A DNA stretch of 64,000 nt from Yuukianura sp. NJ FZ-2021 (lineage: Eukaryota). Every line of letters begins with the position of its first letter. Positions within the stretch are counted from its first letter, which is position 1. Shown one piece after another: positions 11,340 to 23,592 of this stretch. Below the pieces are notes generated by a model. The model made no database searches. It had not been told where the DNA came from and saw only the letters and a list, made by a program, of their open reading frames with translations. Where the stretch lies: positions 14,384,001 to 14,448,000 of the forward strand of contig CM102286.1 of NCBI GenBank assembly GCA_046563655.1, read 5' to 3'. The translations under genes were made by a program, and so were the position numbers.

Positions 11340-14300
11340 ATGAAAATGTCCATTGGTCAGAATAACGTCTATGTCCATTCCAATCCACCCAAAGGTAAAT
11401 TTGTCAACAAAATTTTATGAAACTAACTAAAAATTAAAAATAATGTAAAAAACAAAAAAAAAATTTAAATTCCAGTTGTAAAAATTCTTGTTCCTTAATT
11501 TCTGAAGCGATTTCGGGGTCTGGAGCAGCGATTCGACAATGGGTGAAGACTGGTGATGTGGAGAAGCTAGAAAAGCTCGTTTTAGAAGGTCAAGGTGCAC
11601 GACTGCTTGGAATGGTCGAATCTTCACAGGATCCAAAGGTCAAGTCATTTCTGAGGTCAATTCCAGGCTACATGGCCAAGGTCGACCTCATTCACGACGC
11701 AGGTATGGCCCAATTTTATGAAATTTTGAAATGTTTGATGAAAAATAAGGGAAATAGCGTTTAACTTTACGAGAATGCTAAGCGTTCTCGCTGGGACGTC
11801 GCCCTGACCAGTTCAACCTTCATTAATCACAACCGGATACATATTTTTTTGAGAACAAAAATTAAAAACGAAATGGTTAATAACACTCTGATATGAAACT
11901 AATGAACTAAGGGCAATTCGTATAAGTCTTTGCTAGGAGTGTATTTCAAAAGCCAAAATTTTTCAAAATTAGTATTAAAACGTGGTTTTTGTTCGTTTTG
12001 TGTAGTAATTCGTGGGTCACTTCGTGAAACACAGACGCTGATTGACAAGAAAAAATTGGCCACTGCTCGAGACGCCGTGGGCCGCGGCGTAGGTCACAAA
12101 GCAGTTATTTACAACAATAAAAGCATTCTGGAGTGGCTGGCCAAAAAACATCCAGAAATTTTTAACCTCAAAGACAATGTAAGTAAAAAGAAATTGCAAA
12201 AAAAAATTACAGAAGAAAACTATTTTTTTTCAAAGCTAAAATTATAAGGTTAAGGTTTTAATGATAAAGTAAAATTAAGTTATCAAACGCCAGAAAAGTA
12301 GGTTTTTCCGGCGGCATATTTTTGAATTTTTTGAAAGTAATGAAACTAGGGCTCCTAAGTTAGCAAAATTTAATTTCTAAATTCCTTGCTTTGCATTTTT
12401 TTTTCGCGAATTTTTTAAATTCGCGATGACTTTGTACACGTCGGATTCCACCAATGAATGTAAAAGTTCGTTGGCGTGATGTTTGGTCATCAAATATTCA
12501 AAGTGCTCCAGAATCCATTTCCAATCATCGATTTTCCTGTCGTTTAATCACAAAGTTCCGAGAACCTGTGCAAAAAAGACGTTTGCAAAAAATATTTGCA
12601 AACAACGTTTGGAAAAGGAAAGCTCCAAGGACAATTTGCTTATTAATGAATCATGGGAACAAAATTGACAAAAATCCAAACTGTCCCCAATCGCTAATGA
12701 ACCTCACGTGGAAAAAAAAATTCCGGGTTAAAAAAATGGAGAAATTGACATTTCGAACTGAAAAAATTGACATTTTTATTTTTAGATTTGGTTAGGTTAT
12801 TAACCTAAACATTATTTATTTATTATTGTTTATTACATATTATATTATTATTATTATATTATGTTTTTGTGTAGGAGGGTCGGACATGTTTGCACTACGC
12901 TGCTGCAAGTCGTGACCCGGATGAAATGTATGACCTCTTGGTCAGCCTGGGGTCAAATCCAGAAATCATTGACATGCACGGACGAAAACCGAACTACTAC
13001 ATAGCACATCCAGAGGAACTGGACATTGAAGGACCCACGACACGATCACTTTCACGTGGAAAACGCAGACGCATCTCACCCATTTCTCCTCCAAAACGGA
13101 AATTCCTTGGTGAGAAATTTCAAAATTTTAAATTTTTTTGAAAAATCAACATTTTACTTATTTTCAAAATCGAACACTGCTTTTATCGTTTCATCGAACA
13201 ACTTAAACCGCGGATGTACATTACATAAATACGGAACGTTCAAGGCAGTTCGCACTGTCCAAAAGGTTTATAAGAGTGCGTGTTATACAAAAGGTGGAAG
13301 AAGGTTCGAAGTTCAGTTCGAACACATGTTCGAATAAGATTTTTGCTCGGTTGTACAAAGTCGAATGTGATGAATGTGATTCTACGCTGCGTTTTATACA
13401 AAACTATTTCCGATATGAGTTTCTATACAATGCACTATACAATGCACCGCACTATACAATGATTTTCTTAATTTTTTTTTCCAAAATCCGTTTCTCACCT
13501 GATTTCAACTCTCATTTGTTTCTCGATTGTTCTCAAATTTTCAAACATGTTGATTAAAAAAAATATCGTTTTTTCAAAAATATTTATAAAAAATTGACTT
13601 TTTTTTTGATAACATAGTTTCTCCACCATCAATTACTCGAGCCCAAATTCGAATTTGGATCCATGAGAAGGATATTCCTAAACTGGAGAAAATCGTTTGG
13701 TCAGGACACGGAGACAAATTGCTGCTGGAAACAACAAACAATGGGAAAGTGCGGAGATTTCTGGAGAATGTGCCTCACCTCCTGTCAAGAATTAAATCGA
13801 TTCATGGAGCTGCAATCAATAATGACTTGGAAGGACTCAAGGTGAGTCACACACTCCTGTCATGTCCTCCTTTTTGAAATTGGCGCCATTCCAAAATGAG
13901 TCCACTCCATGTCTATCCACCTTCTCATTAATTCATTCCCACTCTTTCTGGAGCATCGACCACCAAACACTGAATTCACTACACGAAAAGAAAGCTGGAA
14001 CTGCTTCTACATTTTCTTTCCTAAGAGAAAGTGACACTAATCGATAACTATTTAGTTATCGATTAGTGCAAATATTTGACTATTTGATGTTTATTTTTGA
14101 ATGTCTGAATTGTAACTCTTAGGAAACGAGAACAAAAACAGAGTTGAAGGAAATGTTCAAAGCTAAGGACCTCCATGGACTCACGCCTCTGCACAAAGTA
14201 AGACTTTTTGATGCTCCTATAAAGCGCCCCCGAGGCGCGAAAATGTTCAAACTCATTCAAATTTTATGAAAACAAAGAAAAAAACACAAAGTTAAACAAA

Positions 14301-17300
14301 AATCTATCTTCCTGGAACTGGAAAAAGTTTTGTCTTTCGAACGAATTTCATTTTAAATTTTTTCCATTCTGCTAATTTTTTTCTAATATTAAAATTCGCA
14401 CTATGTTTATATGCGCTTGTGAGGCATGAACAGTGTGAAATTCAAAGGTTTTAAAATATTTAGGAGTTTTTTTTAATAAAAATTTTGAAAACTTTTTTGA
14501 CCTTGATTTTTTGTGTGAAATTTTGAAAAGGCTGCTGGACTTGGAAACCGTGGAATCATAGAATTTCTATTGTACGAAATTCCGGATGCTATTCATGAGC
14601 AAGACAATGACGGGAGAACTCCACTTCACTACGCCGCTCGTGACCCGAATGTCTATGCCTTTCTGGTCAAGGACGGTGCTGACGAAAATGTGATCGATAT
14701 GGTCAGCTTTTTAATTGCTCCATTTTCAAAAAGTCAATAATTTTCTAAAATCAATAGATTTTTAGATAAAGACGGCCATAAACCAAAATTTTGGTCTAAA
14801 TTTTGAATTTTCTTTTTTTTTTTTTCAAAAAATTTCAGAAAGGAAAAACTCCTGCGTACTACCGACAGCATCCGCTGGAACTGGACACACGCCACCTTCG
14901 CAATGTCCCCGATGCTCCACGAGTTTCTGGAGAACTTTCAGGGTGGGACCGAGCCAGCCCCACCCTGGTCGTTGGTGGGAAACGCCGAACTTCGAGTGGA
15001 GAATTTTCAAATGAAGCGACACCTACTGGAAAGTATGAGCTGAACAATGTTGAACTTAGTGCTGGTGACCTGCGTGTGGAAGACATTGACTTTGCTCCGG
15101 CCCCACCCAAGGTCATGTCACGCAACCAATCACGAGAGGAGATGCAAAGTACCGAATCGGTGGCGGGATCCAGGAATGTTTCCCGATCCGGATCCAGAAG
15201 TGACTTGGAGAGGAAGATTTCTCGGAGTTCGTCACGTGGTGGAGACTCCAAATCAGTTTCGCGGGCAAATTCGAAAAATGAATTTGGTGGGGAAGTAGTT
15301 GGTGGGGCTTTGGCGGGAGAAAGTGTGGCTCTGGAGGATGCATTTTTTGATAATCCACCAAACGAAGTTTTTGAAGAGCCAGAACCAATGGAGGAGACGC
15401 TGGAAGAACAAGTTCCGCCGATTGGTTTAGCCGATGGATCGGACGAAGTTTTTGAAAACGAAGCAGAAGCAGGAGAAGAAAATCCGGAGATGCTGGAAAA
15501 CGCTGATGCTGCTGAAGATGAAGTTCGTCCTGACTCGGCAGTTTCAGTTCGGGCAGCAGAAGAAGCCGAAACGCTACAAGAGGAAATTGAGCAGATCGAA
15601 GATGCTGCGGAGGTTACTGACGAAGTACTTGAAGCAGAGGTTATCGAAGCTGAAGAAAATGCTGCAGCAGCAGAAAATGAAGCAGAAGTCGTTGCTGAGA
15701 TGACAGAAAATGAAGTTGCTGAATCGATTGCAGAAACAGAAATTGCAGACACGGAAACTGATGTTGCAGAAAATGTCGCAGAAGTCGAACCAGAAATTGC
15801 AGAAGATGTCGCAGAAGTCGAAGCAGAAATTGCAGAAAATGTCGTAGAAGTCGAAACTGAAGTTGCAGAAAATGTCGTAGAAGTGGAAACTGAAGTCGCA
15901 GAAAATGTCGTATACGTTGAACCTGAAGTTGCAGAAAGTGTTGGAGAAGTCGCAAATGACGTCGAAGCTGAAACTGCAGTAGAAATGGCAGAAGCCGAAA
16001 TCGCTGGAGCAGAAACGGCATTGGCTGAAGTTGAAGCTGACGCTGCACCAATCGCTGATTCCGAAGAAACAGCGAACGATGGAATTGAAGTAATTGTTGG
16101 AAAAATTGAGGAATTGGCTGACGTTGAAGCAGAGGGCAGTGGACCATCACTTATGGATGACCTTGACGCCGAGCCAGAAGAGGTCAAGGGGTCAGAGGTC
16201 AACGACCTCGACGGAGCACTTCTGGATGACGTGGAAATTGCACTTAAGAGAGGGTAATGACCTCAATTGATTCAAAATAAAAATTTTCCCGCCAAAAAAT
16301 CAATTCGATTAATTTTTTTTAACTTAAGTGACATGGAAACCCTCGTGACGACGATGCTGGACGGAAAAGGCGACGAACTTCTGGACAGGACTTCGGACAA
16401 TCCCGCTGTCCAAGAATTCTTGTCACATGTTCCGGGATACTTGGTATGTTTTCAAAATTTTGAAGAAAATTTAAAGTCATTTTTGAAAATTTTGGAAATT
16501 TTAAAAGTTGAAATTTAATTCTGAAAAATTTTAAAGGTGAAAATCCAGAATATTCACGCTGCGGCTAGAAACGGAAATTTGCGTGACCTTCAGACTCTGT
16601 TGGATCGAAAGCGATTGGCTCTCGCACGTGACAAATTGGGGCGTGGCCCACTGCATTTGGCTGTTTTGCACAATCATACAACCGTTGCACGTCATTTGGC
16701 CAGTGCATATCCTCAAGTATGTTTCAAAATTTCAGAAAATTATCATTTTTGAAATTTGGTTTTTTGAAATTTTATTGCTATAGTCCATGAAGTTGTTGGA
16801 CGCCAAAGGCCGGTCACCTCTGCACTATGCTGCGACGTTGCCAGATTCCGGTTCGATGTACAAGTACTTGGTGAACCTTGGAGCCGATCCAAACAACCGC
16901 GACATTGACGACAACACGCCAGGAATTTACTTAAGAAACCGTGACCTCTTGACCCAGAAAGATCTGCTGGACGAAGCCGCTCAGCTTGGAGCTCCCCTCG
17001 AGCCGATATCTCCAGTCCAACGCTGGGAACGCCCCAAAACGCCTTCAGGTGAGTTGACCTTTGACCTCTGTTGACCTTTGACCCAAGTTTTAGAAATCCA
17101 AAAGTACAAAAGCATGTACAAAGGGGTTGAACCACCCAAATGTAGAATCCACTTTGGCAACACTGGAAGCCTTCTACAACACAACTCTCATGAAAAAGGA
17201 GTCTCTGTGGACCAAAGCTTGGAGACGCCTCACGCACCAATCAGAATCGAGCTTCAAATCTCTTGTTAAAAAGTACTTGGACAAACCGACCTTTGACCTC

Positions 17301-20300
17301 ATCAAGTTTCGCGGAATGAGTGACGGCTCGTCACTCCTCGACGTTGTCAAGTTTTATCCGCAGTTTTTTATCATTGCCCCGGGCGAAGAGGCTTATGACG
17401 TGTATCAAGAGCTGTTCGTTCCGGCAATTGTGGACCACAATCGAATCGAGGGATACTTTCTCGGGAAAACGAGCATTTTGGGCGGTAATTTTCAAAAATT
17501 TACAATTTTTTGAAATCTCTAAATTTTGATTTATACATTTTCTGTTTTCTAGATCGGCTGGAAGAGGTGGCAATTCCGCAAGTTGACCCTCCGAGCAAAT
17601 TTGTGACGCAAGTGAGACTTCGCGTTAGTCGAAACATTCAGCCATTTCCGTTTGTACCGCAAATGAAAAAAGAAGATTTAGTCAAAGTTGCAATTTTGCT
17701 AAAAACTGTGAAATTGAATTGGCCTTGTTACGATCTTGAGTCACTCGAGAAAGAAGTTCTGGAAGATCTCAAACAGAGATGCTGGATGCCAGAGGTAAAC
17801 TTTTTTTAAATTCAACGTTAACAAAAGTTTAAAAAAAAAGTTTTTGGAAACACGACTTCGGAAAAGTTTTTTAGTGTTTTTTTTTGGCACCGAAGCTATG
17901 ATCATGATCATCATAAGCCATTCGAATTGTACAAATTTTAATTCTTCTCTTGTTTTTTTTCTTCAAAATTTGAATTTCAGGCGACAAAAATTTCACGTCT
18001 TTGGCCCAAACAGCGTTACTTTGCTTTGAGTGATGACGGGAGTGTTCAAGTGTGGATGAACGCTGAAGATCACTTGGATATCGTCGTGACCTCGAAATAT
18101 GGAAAGCTGTTTCCAATGTTTCAGACGCTGAATGACCTCTACACTCTCTACAACCGAACGTTCAGTTTTTACGAAAATCCGCAATTTGGATTTCTAACTG
18201 TTGACCCCTTCCGGGTCGGAACAGGAATCAAGGTCACTGATCAATTTCAAAATTTTAAAATCTGCAATTTTCGGTAGTATGCCATTTCTCCGAATGAAAT
18301 CCTCCTAAGCGAATTTTTCCGAAACCAATTGCTCCAAAAGATAATTCTCCGAAATCAAGTAAACTTAGCCTCACGTGCTTTCGGAATTTACTTTTCGGAG
18401 CAAATGGGTTCGTGATAACTCATTAGGGGTAATGCGTTTCGGAAGAATTCATTCTGAAAAATGGCATGGAACACCGCACTGCACTTTTCTATCGAAACTG
18501 GAAATTGTGATGATAAAAATTATAATTTTTTTTTAATTTGTTTTCCAGATTACTTTTCGAATTCGCCTGCCTTCGTTGATGCGGGACCAAGCTGAATTGA
18601 GTCGTCTCTGTTCCATTCACAATTTGTCCATTCGTTGGAAACAGAGTCGCATTGAAACCGACGAGATTGACCCCTCTGATTGGATTGAACTTGAAAATAA
18701 CGTGACCTTAGGGAAATCAGAGCTTGACCTTGCCATCGACATGGCCAATTCAATTAATCAATTGATTAAGGCCGAAGAACAGAAAGCTCGGCTCCTTATT
18801 CTTGCAGAAAAAGAAAACAATAAAAAATAGAGATTAAAAACAGCAATTTTGGATTTCTAAAACTAAAAAATCAACTAATCTAAAAAAAAACTTCCAAACT
18901 ATTAACCAAAAAAATTAACTTTTCTTGAAATGTTTTTTTTTTTTGAATTTCAGAAGATCAGAAACGGAATCGGTTTCCCGCCATTTGGTCTGAAGAGGGC
19001 AAGTACTTAGCATCAGTCCTAGGAGATGCCTTGGTCAAGGGCCTTACTGAAGTGAGTCAAGAGCGACCACAGGACCCTGTGGAGTACTTGGCCAACTTTT
19101 TACGCAAGTATCACGGAGACAAGGAAGAAGACGAAGGATTGGTCAAGGACAAGGTTTGTTGACTTTTGATTCGTTTTAACAGGTTGGGTAATACCTCATG
19201 TTTTTTCAATTTTGCAAAAAAAAATCTGTTTGTGTTTTTTCGTGTTTTTTTGTCAACAATAAGTGAGGTAGTACCCAACCTGTTAAAGAAAATTCACTTT
19301 TCGTTGTCCAGGAACCTTGGGTCAAGGACGATGCTTCACCGGTCATGGTTTCTGATCCCTCGACCTTGACCCCCGAGGGGTCAGGGGACCAGCCAATGGG
19401 AGGAGAGGGGGAGGCGGAGGAGTACGGAACAACTCAAGCTTTCCCCACGGAGGCAGATGACCTTGGGTATGAAGGTCACGATGACGATGGCAATGAGTCA
19501 GATGACTCAGAAGAGATGATTCGTCGCCTTGACGACGAGGTGGACGATGCAATTGAAGCTGTGGACAAAGAGGAGCAGGAGGAAGAGGAGCGCCATCTAC
19601 GAGAGCAGCAGCAGATGAGAGACGACAAAGGTCAAAGTGTTTTGCATTTTGCTGCAAGCAGACCTGGCGGAGGTCAAACTATTTTTTCGTTTCTGCAAAA
19701 TCCGGCAGTCAACTTGGCTTGGCGAGACGACAAGCTCAAGACGGCTCGTGACGTGGCAGAAGAGGCGGGGCGAATTGAGAACATCATGAGCATTGACTCC
19801 TTCGTGATTAATTTGGCTACACAAGGTACGACACGAAACTTAATTAGCAGGGTTGCCAAAAATATGCACTAAAAACCCTCGAAATATGGACAAAAAAAAA
19901 GAATGTTTTGAAAAAATTGCCCAAATATTTACACATTTAACATTAAAGGGCATGGGTAAATAAATAAATATTTGGTAACAGAAACATAAATATAAGACTA
20001 AATGTTTTTATTAAGATTACGGGCCCTGGAGACTAAATATGTTTGACATCCCTGCTCATTAGTAGAATTAAGTTAATTTTTGCTAATTTTTTTTTTGGGT
20101 CAAAGGTCAACTTGAGACACTCCAGAAGTTGATGTTGGACGGGTATGACCATTTGACTGATATTTCGGATACATCGAAAGTAAACATTCTTGAACTGACG
20201 ACAATTCAGCCTTCGGTAGCAGCTTTTCTGCGGACAGTGGACGACTTCACGGACAAAATTTTGCGACTTCATAGAGCCATCCGGTTTGGAAATTTTGAAC

Positions 20301-20815
20301 AAGTCAAAGCATATGTCAACTCAGGTGAAACAACTTTCAAGGAAAATTTTAGGTTTCAAAAATTTTGAAATTTTCCAAATTTCTTGAAAATTTTCGAACA
20401 GATCCGAGACTCGCTTCTGCTCTAAGCTTTTATGGAAGAAGTGCTCTGCACGTTGCAGTTTTGGCTGAAGAGCACTCCATAGCTCAACTTTTGGCAAATG
20501 AATTTCCAGAGACGCTGAAACGGGGAGATCACGTGAGTTGGCATAAGTTTATGTCCACTCTGTATTTGCTGACCTTTGACCTTTGATTGACCTTTGACCT
20601 TTGATTGACCTTTGACCTTTCAGTTGGAGAGAATGCCACTGCATTATGCCATGGGCGTAGAAAAAGTGGAGAAGATGACTCGGATCTTAGTGAGAGCCGG
20701 AGCTCGGCGAGTCGTGAAAGACTTGCGCGGTCGTCAGCCGAGTTACTACTTCATAAATCGCGAGGAAATTGCAATTTTGCAAGATCAAGAAGAACAGATG
20801 AAGGAGTCCGCATAA
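11340..20815 (+). CDS. Large multi-exon ankyrin-repeat protein with four repeated helical+ANK modules, an acidic linker, a degenerate arginine-kinase module and a Dpy-30 motif
   Basis: ANK motifs GRTCLHYAAA, GRTPLHYAAR, GRGPLHLAV, GRSPLHYAA, GQSVLHFAA, GRSALHVAV and RMPLHYAM. A recurrent unit (LEKLVLEGQGARLL...VKSFL..IP.Y..K...IH.A) occurs at ~11.5, 13.7, 16.3 and 20.1 kb. The start codon is tentative. Confidence 0.8.
15760..15970 (+). repeat. 33-nt coding tandem repeat (11 aa, VAENVxEVExE) in the acidic linker exon
   Basis: Successive GTTGCAGAAAATGTCGxAGAAGTCGAA-like units; protein reads VAENVAEVEPE IAEDVAEVEAE IAENVVEVETE VAENVVEVETE VAENVVYVEPE. Confidence 0.8.
17146..18830 (+). CDS. Degenerate ATP:guanido phosphotransferase (arginine kinase-like) module, four exons, with its own stop codon
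   Basis: SLVKKYLDKPTFDLIK..SLLDVV, APGEEAYDVYQELFVPAI, VDPPSKFVTQVRLRVSRNI, VWMNAEDHLDI, GFLTVDPFRVGTG and LGKSELDLAIDMANSINQLIKAE parallel arthropod arginine kinase from end to end. Confidence 0.8.
18272..18476. mobile_element. Degenerate foldback/MITE-like inverted repeat in an intron
   Basis: The left arm CGGTAGTATGCCATTTCTCCGAATGAAATCCTCC...AACCAATTGCTCCAAAAGATAATTCTCCGAAA matches, with mismatches, the reverse complement of the right arm TTTCGGAATTTACTTTTCGGAGCAAATGGGTT...GGAAGAATTCATTCTGAAAAATGGCATGGAACACCG. Confidence 0.7.
18954..19153 (+). CDS. Exon encoding a Dpy-30/DYDC-type dimerisation-docking motif (part of the ankyrin gene)
   Basis: EEGKYLASVLGDALVKGLTEVSQERPQDPVEYLANFLRKY fits the Dpy-30 consensus (YL...L..GL.EV...RP.DP.EYLA..L). 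Phase-1 acceptor at 18953. Confidence 0.85.
19848..20054. mobile_element. Possible decayed hAT-type MITE in an intron
   Basis: Ends CAGGGTTGCCAAA and TTTGACATCCCTG form an 11/13 inverted match; flanks TTAATTAG and CTCATTAG match 6/8. Confidence 0.4.
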
Positions 20816-21621
20816 AAATCGTCTTCGAAGACACTTTTTAGTGTCAATTCTTTAGTGGGCTAATTTATTCCAAAGTTTTAGCCTGTTCGTAAAAAAAAAT
20901 ATTCTGTGACAAAAATCGATGCTTTGCCTTAGTTTCAATTAGGTTGACCAATTTGGAAATAACTATTCAGCATAAACCTGCAAGTATTAAATTTCAAACA
21001 ATTTAGGAACTTGGAAAATAAAAATTATTTGAGCCATGACTTGGATTTTGAAAATTTGACATTAAGGAATTATGGAACAAAAATTTTTCAAAAACTAAAT
21101 TTGAATGACATTTATAGCTAATCTATGGTTAGTAACGCTAAAAATTTTTTCTTCTCTCCGCTATCTACCGGGATATTTTCGAACTACTAAAATTCAAATT
21201 TTGGGCGCGGAAAATTAATATTTTGAAAACAAAAATGTAAACAAGGAAAGGAAATAGAAACTGTCAAATTTTTATCTTGTGTCGTTGACCTCTTGACCTT
21301 TGTTCAGCGGGGTTTTGTTGTATTTTTGGTAAGTTGTGTACATATGCTGGAACTGGAATGACGAGATACTTGGACAACTGGATGAAGATTGAAGGGATGG
21401 AACGGTTAGCGAATAAATCTAATCAGAGAACGAATTTGTGTGAGAGACATTTGATTGGCTGTTTTTGTTCATTTTCAGGTGACATACGAGCAGTTGAACT
21501 TGACATACCGGCCTAGCCGTACAGGAAGTCGGATCTGGTTGGAACGTTATCAAATCTGTTGTCTCATTGGTTGTCATTCTGATTTTGAGAAGTACTACGA
21601 AGGTCGTACAGGAGTAGGACG

Positions 21622-23592
21622 ATGCATGTGGAAATACTACTGCTGCTACTGGTCTACTTAATTTCCGATGCACTGGCATCTGGGGACGTGACGGTCAAGG
21701 TCTTCGGAGATGGTGATGCATCTAAAGACGTGTTTCCAGTAGCTTTTACAGACTACGACGGGGATAAACGGACCGACTTAATCGCTCTTACCAAGAATCT
21801 CTCGTCATTTCGTATTTATTTTGGTCATTCAAAGTCACCTTCGCTACGATTTCTACCAGAGTTCCAATGTGATATTGTCCTTAGTCGAAAAAGTCAAAAG
21901 CTACCTCAGATAACTGGAATCAATGTGGCGGATTTCACTGGAGACGGAGTCAACGATATCCTTGTTAGTTACAAATCTGCCGATGATCAAAGGGAACCTC
22001 CAGATACGTTTGTATCCATTTTCAAAGGGGGACTGAACAAATTAACGTGTGAACTACTTCTTCTCAATGGAACTTCCACATCAACTGTTGAAAATACCAG
22101 ACTAATACTCAAAGGGGAACCGCTAATTGTTGATGTCAACGGTGACATGATTGCTGACTTGGTTGGGGAGACGGCCACTAACAAACGGAAGATCTGGACA
22201 TTTCGACATGACGAACAACCTCCCATTGTGACTCCGTTTCAATGCAACGGTGAATGTCCACCTATCAAAACCGGGGGATTTGTTGACATCGATGGTAAAA
22301 CTAAACAACTCATTTCATTCAATCCAAGTGATAAATTGAAACTAAAGTTGAAAATTTTTGTAGGTGACTTTACTCCCGACTTGGTTCTTGTCACTGAATT
22401 GAGTCTGAATGTCACGGCATCCCGACATCGAGTGGACATCTACACCACCGTGATCACGGATCGTGGCCAGGGAAAATTCAAACTTCGTCAGACCATAACC
22501 ATTGACTTTCCAATCGGTCAACTAGGAAGTGCCTTATTTCTGGACTTGGAGCAGTCTGGTCAAGACCACTCAATTATCCTTCCATTCTGTCCAGACAAAT
22601 CCTGCAAAACGGGTGACTTCGCACTCGTGGACGTCAAGACTGGCCAAGTTCGTCAGCTAAACGTTCCATTCCGGGACAATTCTGGCTCCACTTGGTCATT
22701 TCTTCCACCGTCTTTCCAGCCCGCCTATCTACAAACAATCAACGTCCGTGCCGGTGACTATAATTTAGACGGGTATCCAGATCTTATTGCCACTCTTTTC
22801 AAGAAAACTTCATCAGGAACAGAAACCAAGTCAGTTTTGTTCAAGAACGTTCCATGTCAACGTCAAGGTGGCGGTTGCTCCTACCCGCGAACTTTTGAAC
22901 CAAACTTTGCCCTTTTGAATTCCTACTCGGACGTACTGTCTACTGCCTTCTACGACTCTAATGAAAATGGTCTGTTAGACATTATGGGCTTTCGTCGTAC
23001 TTCCAACTCCAGTGGTCAAAATGCAACTTATTCCATCTTTGTCCAAGAGAACTCGCCAGAATATGATGCCTACTTTGTCCGTTGGATTATCATCACTGGC
23101 CTCTGTGACCAGAATTGTCCTGGATACGGTGTGATGCTGCCTGGAGGAACAATGAAGTACAGTACAATGGATGCCAATTACAAAATGCAGTCTAGCAGAG
23201 CTTCCCAAGTATTCAGAACTGGATTTGCTTTGGATCTTCCTGGAAGTTTAATGGGAATTGGCCCTTCAGCTAACTTTATTGACACGATTGTGTTCGGTGG
23301 GACACTGGGCGGTGGGTCAACGTCCAACTACTCCAGAAATCAGATCATACCGAACTCCAATCTGATTGCGATTCCTTGGCGGAGGGATGGAAGTAGCGGG
23401 AAGATCAAGTGGGAGATGAAACAAATTCTGAGGCCTAAAGATGGCGGAATCATGGCCACTTTTCATGTGCTGCTGCTCATTTGCTTCCTGAATGCTTCTT
23501 TAGTGGTGTATCTTCATATGAAAGAGAGGAAGAAGGACAGGATGGAGAGACACAATGATCCAGTGAGCATGAGTGCTCTCACGATGACATAA
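21622..23592 (+). CDS. ITFG1: T-cell immunomodulatory protein / LINKIN (FG-GAP repeat type-I membrane protein)
   Basis: Signal peptide; FG-GAP-like motifs (AFTDYDGDKRTDL, ADFTGDGVNDIL, DVNGDMIADL, GDYNLDGYPDL); YDAYFV and QIIPNSNL; C-terminal TM followed by LHMKERKKD. One 69-nt in-frame intron at 22295-22363. Confidence 0.9.
   Translation: MHVEILLLLLVYLISDALASGDVTVKVFGDGDASKDVFPVAFTDYDGDKRTDLIALTKNLSSFRIYFGHSKSPSLRFLPEFQCDIVLSRKSQKLPQITGINVADFTGDGVNDILVSYKSADDQREPPDTFVSIFKGGLNKLTCELLLLNGTSTSTVENTRLILKGEPLIVDVNGDMIADLVGETATNKRKIWTFRHDEQPPIVTPFQCNGECPPIKTGGFVDIDGKTKQLISFNPSDKLKLKLKIFVGDFTPDLVLVTELSLNVTASRHRVDIYTTVITDRGQGKFKLRQTITIDFPIGQLGSALFLDLEQSGQDHSIILPFCPDKSCKTGDFALVDVKTGQVRQLNVPFRDNSGSTWSFLPPSFQPAYLQTINVRAGDYNLDGYPDLIATLFKKTSSGTETKSVLFKNVPCQRQGGGCSYPRTFEPNFALLNSYSDVLSTAFYDSNENGLLDIMGFRRTSNSSGQNATYSIFVQENSPEYDAYFVRWIIITGLCDQNCPGYGVMLPGGTMKYSTMDANYKMQSSRASQVFRTGFALDLPGSLMGIGPSANFIDTIVFGGTLGGGSTSNYSRNQIIPNSNLIAIPWRRDGSSGKIKWEMKQILRPKDGGIMATFHVLLLICFLNASLVVYLHMKERKKDRMERHNDPVSMSALTMT

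Noticed and set aside
14859..16202. 447-aa Ser/Thr/Ala-rich minus-strand ORF
   Set aside because: Antisense shadow of the GAA/GCA-rich acidic exon, with no independent gene signals.
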